Made by a program: the position numbers and the translations under genes. A DNA stretch of 64,000 nt from Terriglobia bacterium (lineage in GTDB: Bacteria; Acidobacteriota; Terriglobia; 20CM-2-55-15): NCBI GenBank assembly GCA_963664115.2, contig CAXWPJ010000012.1, positions 224,001 through 288,000 on the forward strand. Reading direction: 5' to 3'. The notes beneath the pieces are model-generated. The model did not search any database. It was not told the DNA's origin and saw only the letters and a program-made list of their open reading frames with translations. This document shows positions 31,846 to 40,576 of this stretch, piece after piece (within the stretch, counting starts at the first letter, position 1; each line of letters starts with the position of its first letter).

Positions 31846-32777
31846 ACCAGCCTCAATGTGTGAGCAATGCCTTCCACGGTTTGCGCTTCCAGTGATACTT
31901 CCCCAAAAACCTCCTGAATGTCCGCGGCTGTGATCTTTTCGAGATCGGACTCCACGGGAAGCACGACCACACCGCACATGTCGATCGCACCAGGAGTCCA
32001 GGTCAATTCTCCCGTATGAAAGACCTCGGGACGATGCTTGGATCGCGGAAAGACAACGACGACCCACGCCCCGTCACGATGGAGGGCTACAAGATTGATC
32101 ATGGGTTCGACACGGTTTTCGTTGTGCACCCGAAGAGCAGCGAACAATTCAGAAAACCGCCGGTCCAACCGTGCCCGGTCCGAGTCTCTTAGAACAAAAG
32201 CACTCCGGGAATACTCCGCGATAACCCCGTCGGACGCGGAGTCCAGATCCTTGATCAAAGGCATGTCATCGAAACGGCATGCTTGAAAGTGCATGTGATC
32301 AGGGGCGGAGGCACCGCACTCCGGGCCGTTGTACAGAATCATGTAGCCCGGCAATTGGGCTGAGAGTTCGAGCATCGTCGGAAAGTGGCCTTCGATTCGC
32401 TGGGGCGTATGTTCCCGCGAGACGATGGACAGATGATTGTCGAGGATTGGAAACGGATTGCAGGCAATCACGAACTTCTGGTCGAAAACCAGTCCCTTCT
32501 CCGGATCGGGCAGGTTCTCAGCGCACAAGAAGCATGCCCTGTTTCGGATCGAATCCGGATCAACACGTGCTGTCGTGCTCTCAATTCGATGCGGGATATG
32601 GCGAACGACAACGGGGAAGCCATTGACGACGAACTCCCGGGATTGCGCTCGTGTCAAACCCTCCACGCCGTGCCTCAGCTGGGGCCATGCCTCTATCTGA
32701 GACTCGAACAGGCGATCGATCCCGGCAAGGACAGATTCCGGCTCCACTGGAACCAGTAATCGTTCATTCCAGTTCAC
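31842..32777 (-). CDS. DUF4922 family (HIT-like nucleotide-sugar phosphorylase fold) protein
   Basis: R.CFLC..NLP, NPFPI, H.PQ, YNGPECGASAPDHMHFQ. Confidence 0.9.
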   Translation of the reverse strand: MNWNERLLVPVEPESVLAGIDRLFESQIEAWPQLRHGVEGLTRAQSREFVVNGFPVVVRHIPHRIESTTARVDPDSIRNRACFLCAENLPDPEKGLVFDQKFVIACNPFPILDNHLSIVSREHTPQRIEGHFPTMLELSAQLPGYMILYNGPECGASAPDHMHFQACRFDDMPLIKDLDSASDGVIAEYSRSAFVLRDSDRARLDRRFSELFAALRVHNENRVEPMINLVALHRDGAWVVVVFPRSKHRPEVFHTGELTWTPGAIDMCGVVVLPVESDLEKITAADIQEVFGEVSLEAQTVEGIAHTLRLV

Positions 32778-34111
32778 AGCACATCCTGCATTCCGCCGTG
32801 CACGCCCTCACCCCCACGACGCTCTTGAATCCGGGCCTGGAGTTCAAGCGTCCGCAGCCAATCTTTGTAACTATTGCGAAGATTGGATAGCTCCGGAGAG
32901 TGATCGGCGTCCGTGTTTTCTGCCCATCGGCGGCACAGATACAGGGAATCATAGATCCGACCGATCTCATACTCACGGGACATTCGGAGACCCACGGCAT
33001 AGTCTTCGCCATAGCTGACGTTGGGGAATCCAAATCGGCGAAGCACGCTTACGTCGTATGCGCGCGGTGCGCCCAGCCCGTTCACACGCAACAGATTATT
33101 GTGCCCGTTATCGGCCGTCCACTCTTTATGCGCCACCAGTCCCGGAACTATCTCGTTCAAGTCGAAATCCACCGTCGTGTAAGAGCCGGCCAACATCGCG
33201 TAACGATTCGACTCCATTGCCTCAACGACCCGGGAAAGGACGCCGGAATTCAGGAAGAGATCATCGGAATCCAGTTGCAGCGCGAATCGCCCACATGCCG
33301 GAGCAAAAATGGCTTCGTTCCAACAACCGCCGATTTCAAGGTCACGGGTCTCTGGAACCTTGGGGATCAACCGGGGATCCGCATGCGAAGCGATCACGCT
33401 GGAGGTCGAATCCGTCGAATGGTTGTCGACGACGATGACGTTGAATCCGAAATCGGCTTCCTGGCCTAGCGCGCTTTTGAGGGCATCGCCGATTGTGCCT
33501 TCGCGATTGCGGACCGGGATTACTATTGTCGCCTTGACGGGAAACACGGCCTCAGACGGTGGAATATGGCCGTTGGGCCGGGGCAGAAATGCGCCAATTC
33601 GTTTGAGATGGTTCGTCACGACTAACTCCATTTCGCCCTGATAGTCCAGCTGTGAAGAATCCAAATAATCGAAATGGCGTTCGCCTCCCAAGCTCGTATC
33701 CGGATCTTTCGCACTGTAAAGCGGTTCTGGTATGCGGACGATTGGATGATCGATGGATAATTTGAGGCGCAAGTCGTACATCGCACCCCATCGAAGCTTC
33801 CCATCGAGACCTCCATGACGGGTGAGGGCTTCCCGTGCCCGGGGGACAGAAACAACGACCAGGGGACCAAAATCAAAGTCGTCACGCAGGCTGCCGCTCT
33901 GGTAGTCGATCCAGGATCGGTCCGTCGAGTCGGCATATACAAGTCCCGCACCGCGCGCGCCCAAAACCTCGATCATCCTGTCAAGCGTCATGGCCTGTAA
34001 CTCAAGTTTGTATCGGGGATCGGCAACGAATAGGACTTCTTCAGTTGCGTCTGAGAGGAGTCGCCCAAGGGCCGCGGCGGAGCCTTCCGGCAGGTAATTA
34101 ACTGAGATCAT
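32774..34111 (-). CDS. Glycosyltransferase family 2
   Basis: IVIPVRNRE, VVDNHSTD, QLDSDD, SYGEDY. Confidence 0.92.
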   Translation of the reverse strand: MISVNYLPEGSAAALGRLLSDATEEVLFVADPRYKLELQAMTLDRMIEVLGARGAGLVYADSTDRSWIDYQSGSLRDDFDFGPLVVVSVPRAREALTRHGGLDGKLRWGAMYDLRLKLSIDHPIVRIPEPLYSAKDPDTSLGGERHFDYLDSSQLDYQGEMELVVTNHLKRIGAFLPRPNGHIPPSEAVFPVKATIVIPVRNREGTIGDALKSALGQEADFGFNVIVVDNHSTDSTSSVIASHADPRLIPKVPETRDLEIGGCWNEAIFAPACGRFALQLDSDDLFLNSGVLSRVVEAMESNRYAMLAGSYTTVDFDLNEIVPGLVAHKEWTADNGHNNLLRVNGLGAPRAYDVSVLRRFGFPNVSYGEDYAVGLRMSREYEIGRIYDSLYLCRRWAENTDADHSPELSNLRNSYKDWLRTLELQARIQERRGGEGVHGGMQDVL

Positions 34112-34818
34112 TGTCGGGCGCGATCAAGCTCCCGGGGGCGAACCACGATTACACCGCTCATTCGACTGGCGCTCAGAAACTCGGCCAGATCCTGGTCCAC
34201 GACCTGTCCCCGGCTCAGGGGAGCGTGACGCATCCGAACCCTATCATCACGAATGAGAACCCCGCAGTGAAACACATCCCGATCGTGGCGCGTTGAGGCA
34301 AAGAAAATTAGATCCCCTGACTGAACGTCCTGTTGACGTCTCATAAAATTGCGCTTGGGAATCGAACGCACGCGGACAGTTCTCTCTGGCAGTCCATCCA
34401 GCACACGGAGACATCGACGGCGCTCAACGACTCCGGGGCCCCGAGTCCGGTCGCGGACAACTCCGCTATGCTTGTTGTTCCGTATCCACGTCGTCATGTA
34501 GTGGTTCCGCTGCTTCCAATCGACGACACCGCCAGCGTAGCGAATGTGGCGGAGATTCTCGATAAACTCGTCCGGGGTGGATGCGCGCGCAAGCGAGAGA
34601 ACGGTTTCGATATAAGTGACACAATCGAATCCATCGAGCGACGCCGTAAACACTTCCTTCTCATCCGCAGCACCGATGAGCATGTTTTTCTTATAGGGGC
34701 AATCGAGAAACTGTTCGCTGACGGCAGCGATACGGGCGCCGATTTCAGAGACCGACTTCACCCGTTCTAATGACTGCCGGACACGCTTTCGATTCAGGCC
34801 CCTGGGAATCTTTGACAT
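34108..34818 (-). CDS. DUF1460 / AmiA-like NlpC/P60-fold N-acetylmuramoyl-L-alanine amidase
   Basis: FDCVTYIETVL, IRY..G, RNHY, HCG, HA. Confidence 0.88.
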   Translation of the reverse strand: MSKIPRGLNRKRVRQSLERVKSVSEIGARIAAVSEQFLDCPYKKNMLIGAADEKEVFTASLDGFDCVTYIETVLSLARASTPDEFIENLRHIRYAGGVVDWKQRNHYMTTWIRNNKHSGVVRDRTRGPGVVERRRCLRVLDGLPERTVRVRSIPKRNFMRRQQDVQSGDLIFFASTRHDRDVFHCGVLIRDDRVRMRHAPLSRGQVVDQDLAEFLSASRMSGVIVVRPRELDRARQ

Positions 34819-34883
34819 CCAAACAATTTTAGCAGAGTCGCGGAAACAGATTCCCAGCTGCGGACACACGAAAACAACGGCGA

Positions 34884-34928
34884 CACTTGTGGAGTCGTCG
34901 ACTTCGCACTTGTGGAGCCGTAGACTTC
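34884..34928. repeat. Tandem 22-bp direct repeat, 23-bp period
   Basis: CACTTGTGGAGTCGTCGACTTC / CACTTGTGGAGCCGTAGACTTC, 20/22 identical. Confidence 0.75.
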
Positions 34929-34988
34929 ACATGGCCAGTCAAAAGTTGAGAGACAACGGTGACACGCACGCGCTCATGACTTTTGACC

Positions 34989-35017
34989 AAAAAAAGGCGC
35001 AGCCGTCAGGATGCGCC
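34989..35017 (-). terminator. Intrinsic terminator of the small acidic gene
   Basis: GGCGCA..TGCGCC stem followed by T7 on minus strand. Confidence 0.8.
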
Positions 35018-35045
35018 AATCAGAGGACACAGGATAGTGGAAGAA

Positions 35046-35273
35046 TCAGGAATCTTCGTCGATCAAAGAGATGTCGTCGAATGCGTCAGTTACGAGGTTG
35101 AAGTCTTCGGCTGCAATATCGATACTGGGGTCTTCGGTGAGAAGGTAGTAATCTTCACCTTCTTCAAATTCACCGTCTTCGAATTCACCGTCTCCAAACA
35201 TGTAACCATCGGGGTACTCCTCTAGCTTGATCTGTTGATACCGTGCATCGAACTTGATTCGAATCGGAATCAT
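35046..35273 (-). CDS. Small very acidic hypothetical protein (75 aa)
   Basis: G-rich RBS, ATG 35273, own terminator, DGEFE-DGEFE-EGE repeat. Confidence 0.7.
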   Translation of the reverse strand: MIPIRIKFDARYQQIKLEEYPDGYMFGDGEFEDGEFEEGEDYYLLTEDPSIDIAAEDFNLVTDAFDDISLIDEDS

Positions 35274-35657
35274 AGCGCCACCCCCTTGGTCGTCCGCTTG
35301 TTCAAAAAGCAATTCTCGGGCCAAAATTGAGCGACCTCGGGAGAGCCTTTAGAAAGAATAGTTTCCGCATTCCGGCAAGAAACAGACCTGCGGTGACAGC
35401 TGTCCCGATTCCTGACGGGGCGTCAAAATAGTGCCCCCGTACGATTTGAAACGATTTGTTTGAGGAAGATGCTCCCAGCCTACCGGCCCGACTCATGAAA
35501 AGAGTGACCGTCTGTTCCTCCCAGAGTTTGATTGCTTATGATTCCCGCCTTTTGTAAACTTCCTCCTGTTTCGACAGATCCGGGACGGGAGGCCTCAACC
35601 CTCCCCCATCCATTAAACGATTTGTTTCTTCGGAGATAGCGTTCGAAGGAGTCACTT

Positions 35658-36605
35658 ATGAATTTGGCACATATACATATTGTTCTAAATCACTTTCCGA
35701 CGATCGGTACCGTCATCGGGCTCGCTCTATTCGTCATTGCTCTTGTAAGGAAAAATGATGAATTGAAACGATTTGCCCTGGGACTCTTCTTGATGATGGG
35801 GATTCTGGTGATTCCGACGTATTTGAGCGGCAGTGCGGCTTCGGAGATCATTGCAGACCGCGCTGGCACCTCGGAGGCGCTGATCCAGGCACATCAGGAC
35901 GATGCCCTGATTGCCTTCCTGTTCGCAGGAATCACCGCCGCGTTCGCCTGGCTGGGGCTCTGGGAATTTCGGCGCTTCGGTGCGGAGAAACCGTGGAACT
36001 CAACAGTCGTCCTGCTGCTCGGCATCGTGACGGTGCTGCTGATGATAAACACCGGAACGGCCGGCGGTGAAATCACTCATCCTGAAATCCGGCCAATCGA
36101 TGCTGCAACCGGGTTACCCGTGGAAGCCACGCTCAACGAGGGGTCCATCACAGCAGCGATTGAAACTTTCATAATCGTCAGACCATGGGTATGGCCAGCA
36201 TCTGAAATTCTTCATTTTATCGGGATGGCGCTTTTGTTCGGTATCGTGCTCCTCATCAATCTTCGGATGCTGGGGGTCGTGAAGGGAATCTCGTATGCAT
36301 CATTGCACGCGCTCCTGCCATGGGGAATGGCGGCATTTGCCCTCAATCTGACAACGGGAATGCTCTTCTTCATCGGGGCTTCGTCTCAGTACACGAGTAA
36401 CATATCGTTCATGTCCAAAATTGTGCTGGTGCTGCTGGCTGGAACGAACATTATTTACTTTACTGTGTTCGATGACGCCTGGGCCGTCAAAGCCGATGAT
36501 GTGCCACCGATAACAGCAAAAATCATGGCCGCATCGACGATCGTTCTATGGTTCGGGGTCATCTATTTTGGCCGCATGATGCCCTACATCGGTAATTCGT
36601 TCTAA
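35658..36605 (+). CDS. Membrane protein, DUF2231-like plus DUF6644-like fusion
   Basis: AAGGAG RBS; H...NHFP, AHQDDA, GGEITH; WP.SEILHFIG...NLRMLG. Confidence 0.75.
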   Translation: MNLAHIHIVLNHFPTIGTVIGLALFVIALVRKNDELKRFALGLFLMMGILVIPTYLSGSAASEIIADRAGTSEALIQAHQDDALIAFLFAGITAAFAWLGLWEFRRFGAEKPWNSTVVLLLGIVTVLLMINTGTAGGEITHPEIRPIDAATGLPVEATLNEGSITAAIETFIIVRPWVWPASEILHFIGMALLFGIVLLINLRMLGVVKGISYASLHALLPWGMAAFALNLTTGMLFFIGASSQYTSNISFMSKIVLVLLAGTNIIYFTVFDDAWAVKADDVPPITAKIMAASTIVLWFGVIYFGRMMPYIGNSF

Positions 36606-36648
36606 ATTCGACGCTGGCGGAGCAGTCTGTCCCCCGTCGGGCCAGAAT

Positions 36649-36738
36649 CCCCTGCACCGCCTTAATCGAGCGGTGATAGCGCTCGATCCTGCCTTGAGTC
36701 ATCGAGTGGTGCGTGACCCCACGCGTGTGCCCTAGGCC
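36649..36738 (-). mobile_element. Remnant of IS3/IS481-type DDE transposase
   Basis: GLGHTRGVTHHSMTQGRIERYHRSIK matches the H.RG..YHP.TQGKIER.H..K integrase-core motif. Confidence 0.75.
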
Positions 36739-36861
36739 TGATGTCGGGAGTCGTTCAGTCCTTCCATAAAATTCAATGTGCTTTCCTCATGTGAGGGTGA
36801 AGTTCGTCATTATCCAGGCGGATAATAGCGGCTCGCAGCCCGTGCTAGACTTGCTGTCTGG

Positions 36862-38043
36862 ATGACTTCAGCTCTCACCCATCTCGAGTGTTCCCGTCCA
36901 GACTGCAGGGAAGCGATGACCCATTCTGCTCTGCAGAACCTTTGTACCGTTTGTAATTCACCACTACTTGCCAGGTACGATCTTTCCCTTGCGAAACAGA
37001 CGCTCTCGCTCGAATCACTGCGCGCGCGCCCACAAACCCTTTGGCGATACCAGGAGGTTCTTCCGGGCGCGGGGACGGTCTCACTCGGGGAGGGTATGAC
37101 GCCGTTGATCCACGCCAAAAACCTGGGCCGGGATATGGGGCTCAATCGGCTTTACATCAAGGATGAAGGACTCAACCCGACGGGTTCGTTTAAAGCTCGG
37201 GGGCTTTCGGCGGCCATCAGCATGGCTGCGGCTCTTGGCGCAAGAACCATCGCCCTTCCGACTGCCGGGAACGCCGGCGGTGCCGCAGCGGCCTATGCGG
37301 CGAAGGCAAATCTCCCCTGCGTTATCGCAATGCCAGTCGATACGCCGGCGGCTAACATCTTAGAATCTCGCGCCTTCGGTGCGGACGTCCGTCTGATCGA
37401 TGGTCTCATATCGGATTGTGGAAAATTCATTGCGGACAACAAGACCGAACAGCACTGGTTCGAAGTTTCCACCTTGAAGGAACCCTACCGTATCGAAGGG
37501 AAGAAGACGATGGGCTATGAATTATGGGAGGGATTCGAAGGCCACCTGCCCGACGTGATCGTGTATCCGACCGGCGGTGGCGTTGGACTGATCGGGATGT
37601 GGAAAGCGTTCGAGGAAATGGAAACCATGGGATGGATCGGTAAGGAGCGTCCGCGCATGGTTGTCGCACAGGCGGCAGGCTGTGCGCCCGTCGTGAAAGC
37701 CTTCGAGGATCACAGTGATCACACGGAGTTTTGGAAAGACGCCAGGACTATTGCCTCGGGCCTGCGCGTCCCGAAGGCTTTAGGAGACTTTCTGATCCTT
37801 AAGAGTGTTTATGACAGTCACGGTGAAGCTGTGGCCGCAACCGACGATGAAATGATGACCGCCTGCCGCGACATGGCCGCGTTGGAAGGCATCTTCGCAG
37901 CGCCCGAAGGCGGGGCGGGGCTTGTCGCCGTGAAAAAGCTTGTCGACGGGGGAAAGATTCAGGCCGACGAAACGGTCGTGGTTTTCAACACAGGGAGCGG
38001 ATACAAGTACACCGAGGCCTGGCAGGCTGCTCTTGGAACGTGA
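36862..38043 (+). CDS. thrC: Threonine synthase (PLP fold type II)
   Basis: LGEGMTPL, KDEGLNPTGSFKARG, AGNAG, EGKKTMGYE, YPTGGGVG. Confidence 0.9.
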   Translation: MTSALTHLECSRPDCREAMTHSALQNLCTVCNSPLLARYDLSLAKQTLSLESLRARPQTLWRYQEVLPGAGTVSLGEGMTPLIHAKNLGRDMGLNRLYIKDEGLNPTGSFKARGLSAAISMAAALGARTIALPTAGNAGGAAAAYAAKANLPCVIAMPVDTPAANILESRAFGADVRLIDGLISDCGKFIADNKTEQHWFEVSTLKEPYRIEGKKTMGYELWEGFEGHLPDVIVYPTGGGVGLIGMWKAFEEMETMGWIGKERPRMVVAQAAGCAPVVKAFEDHSDHTEFWKDARTIASGLRVPKALGDFLILKSVYDSHGEAVAATDDEMMTACRDMAALEGIFAAPEGGAGLVAVKKLVDGGKIQADETVVVFNTGSGYKYTEAWQAALGT

Positions 38044-39470
38044 CCTCCGGACGATATTTGAAAGCGTTCCACGTTCTGGGCGGACCCCTGGTCTTTCTGT
38101 TGTTCCTTCTGCTTCCCATTGCGTCGATGAGCTTTCCGGTGCGCGGCAGTCTCGGCCTGCTCCTCTGGATGTCATGGTGGTGGATATTCGGAACCGTCCA
38201 TCTCGCAGTCACCGGGTTTCTGCCTCTCGTAGTCCTGGCTCTCTTCGATTTTCTTCCTGTCGGCAACATCCTTCCCGCATACGCGCAAGAGCTCGTCATT
38301 CTACTGATTGCGGCCAACATTCTGGCGACCCTGTGGAGCCGCTGGGGATTGGATCGCCGCATTGCACTGGTCTCCCTCATCGGAGTGGGAGTCAGCACGC
38401 GAAAACAGATCATGGTCTGGTTTGGTGTTGCGACGGTGTTGAGCACGTTTCTGCCAAACACTGTCGTGGCAGCGTCCATGATACCCATCGTCCTGGCCAT
38501 GCTGCGTTTCATCGGAATCGAGAACGTTGGCAAAAGCGCGTTCGGATCGGCGCTGCTGATTGCGGTCGCCTGGGGAACGAGCGTCGGCGGATTGGGGACG
38601 CCGCTCGGTGGTGCTCCAAATCTGCTCACCGTTCGGTTCGTGGAACAGGAAGTGATCGCGCACGAGTTCTTGTTCACAACGTGGGTGACGCGGATGCTGC
38701 CCTTGACCGTCCTCATTGCAGCGGTTTCGCTCGTCTTTATGAGGTTCGCATTCAAGCCCGAACTGGATCGGGTCGAAGGGACGCGGGAGTATTTCTCTCG
38801 GGAGCTCGGTGCACTCGGAAAGCTGACGCTGCCCGAAAAGTGGGGCCTGGGCCTGTTTCTTGCAGCCATACTGTTGGCGTTTTCACGCCAGTTTTATGCG
38901 TCGCTTCTACCTGGACTGACTCCCGCATTTGCGTTTTTGACCTGCGCCGTACTGTGCTTTGTGATTCGGCACAAGGGTGAGCCCATTCTGGAATGGGAGT
39001 ATGCCCAGAGTCACATGGTGTGGGGTTTGATCTATCTGTTTGCCGGGGGCTCGGCCCTTGGACAGGTCCTCACCGAGACCGGCACAGCACAATTTGTGGC
39101 CGAGCGGCTGGTTCCGCTGGCCGGCGGCGGAACCTTTCCCGCCGTCCTGGTTTTCTCATTCATGACGGTCGTGATCACGCAGATTACCAGCAACACCGCG
39201 GCCGTCGCCATCATCGTACCGATCACGATCAGTACGTTTCAGAGTCTGGGATTAAATCCGATTCCCTTCGTCTATATCGTCGCTGCGGCGGGCAATTGCG
39301 GCTTCATGCTACCGTCCTCCGCGGGCGGCTCCGCCATTGCTGCCGGTTACGGTGCGAATTTGAAAAGCATGTTCTCCTGGGGCCTGTGGCTGACCGTTCT
39401 GGTTTTCCTGGCGATTGTTGTTGCGGGATATCTGCTCGCTTCTTACTGGCCCGGCTTCGGAATCGCATGA
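38040..39470 (+). CDS. SLC13/DASS anion transporter
   Basis: GGLGTPLGGAPN, TSNTA, FMLP; GTGA-coupled to thrC. Confidence 0.92.
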   Translation: MTSGRYLKAFHVLGGPLVFLLFLLLPIASMSFPVRGSLGLLLWMSWWWIFGTVHLAVTGFLPLVVLALFDFLPVGNILPAYAQELVILLIAANILATLWSRWGLDRRIALVSLIGVGVSTRKQIMVWFGVATVLSTFLPNTVVAASMIPIVLAMLRFIGIENVGKSAFGSALLIAVAWGTSVGGLGTPLGGAPNLLTVRFVEQEVIAHEFLFTTWVTRMLPLTVLIAAVSLVFMRFAFKPELDRVEGTREYFSRELGALGKLTLPEKWGLGLFLAAILLAFSRQFYASLLPGLTPAFAFLTCAVLCFVIRHKGEPILEWEYAQSHMVWGLIYLFAGGSALGQVLTETGTAQFVAERLVPLAGGGTFPAVLVFSFMTVVITQITSNTAAVAIIVPITISTFQSLGLNPIPFVYIVAAAGNCGFMLPSSAGGSAIAAGYGANLKSMFSWGLWLTVLVFLAIVVAGYLLASYWPGFGIA

Positions 39471-39605
39471 TTCTCCTTTTGATCTGAGCCCTGGGTCCTG
39501 AGTTCAGTGTCGATTTGATAGCGCCCGTCGCTTAGTTATCCGCCCCCGTTGACGATACTGGATGCACACTGGAAGAGCGCCGTGATGCTGTAAGATACTC
39601 AGGAA

Positions 39606-40308
39606 ATGAGCCAGCCCGATATTGATCTATATGAAGTCATCCGGGAGTTGGATTCCGGCCGCACGCATTTCGATCGACTGTCCGGGCCTGTGACCCAAGC
39701 TCTGTCCCACAGACTCGGCCTGGATTCGGAAGCGATACGAGCTCTGTTTGACAACCGTGCCGAGAGGGAGCGCAATGCGCCGAGGACGGGCGGCCCGGCA
39801 CCCGATTTCAACCTTGAGCTGCTGGACCCTCAGGACTCTGGAGCCAGCCAGAGGTGCAGGCTGTTCGACCATCTGGACAAGCCGGTTGCATTGATTTTTG
39901 GTTCCTAGCACCTGACCGCCGTTTCGTGCCGAGGCCGGGCGTCTCAATCATGTCTACGAGCGATTCAAGGGCGCGACCCACTTCTTCTGCGTATACATAC
40001 AGGAGGCGCATCCCGAAGACGGATGGCAGCGTCCGGCCAATCTTGCCGACTCGGTCGTGTTCGACCAACCCAAGACGATGGAAGAAAGGGTCAGCGTCGC
40101 CCAGGTGTGCATTGGCCATCTCCAATTGGCAATGCCCATGCTGCTGGACGACATGCGAAACTCCACCGATCTGGCATACGCCGCGCTGCCTGAGCGTCTG
40201 TATGTCGTCGGCACGGATGGGACCGTTGTTTACAAGTCGGCTCCCGGTCCCTTTGGATTCGACGTCGGTGGCTGGGAGCAGGCGATTTCGGATCTGCCAG
40301 GCCGGTAG
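39606..40308 (+). CDS. Iodothyronine-deiodinase-like selenoprotein, interrupted by a 1-nt insertion (G39908); pseudogene or sequence error
   Basis: APDFNL...KPVALIFGS-TA(g)C-ACC-TGA(39913-39915)-PPF...YIQEAHPEDGW...AYAALPERLYVV...GPFGF. Confidence 0.85.
39931..39945 (+). promoter_or_regulatory. Candidate SECIS hairpin
   Basis: GAGGC-CGGGC-GTCTC (one G-U pair) at +16..+30 after UGA. Confidence 0.6.
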
Positions 40309-40576
40309 GGTCTTTCGACCTCAACGGCGATGGCCGGGTGCCGGCAAATCCCTTGGGCTCAAAGTTACGATCCAGACCCCGCCCGAAAAATTCACGAAGG
40401 TTGCAGCCCCCTCGACCTGCTCTGAAAATCAGGCTAAACTGCTGGCCTCTGTCAAGCGACTTAACATCACAGCGAGGTAGGGATTGCGAAAACCGCGGAG
40501 CCAATCAAGGAATTAATAGACCAGCCTGACATAATAGAAACGTCGTGGGTCACTGCGCCCATCATGGAGGTGTGCT

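Noticed and set aside
34884-34928. CRISPR array
   Set aside because: Two adjacent copies, no spacers, no cas genes.
39906-39908. TAG as pyrrolysine or simple stop readthrough
   Set aside because: Deiodinase homology continues in the +1 frame, so in-frame readthrough would not restore the protein.
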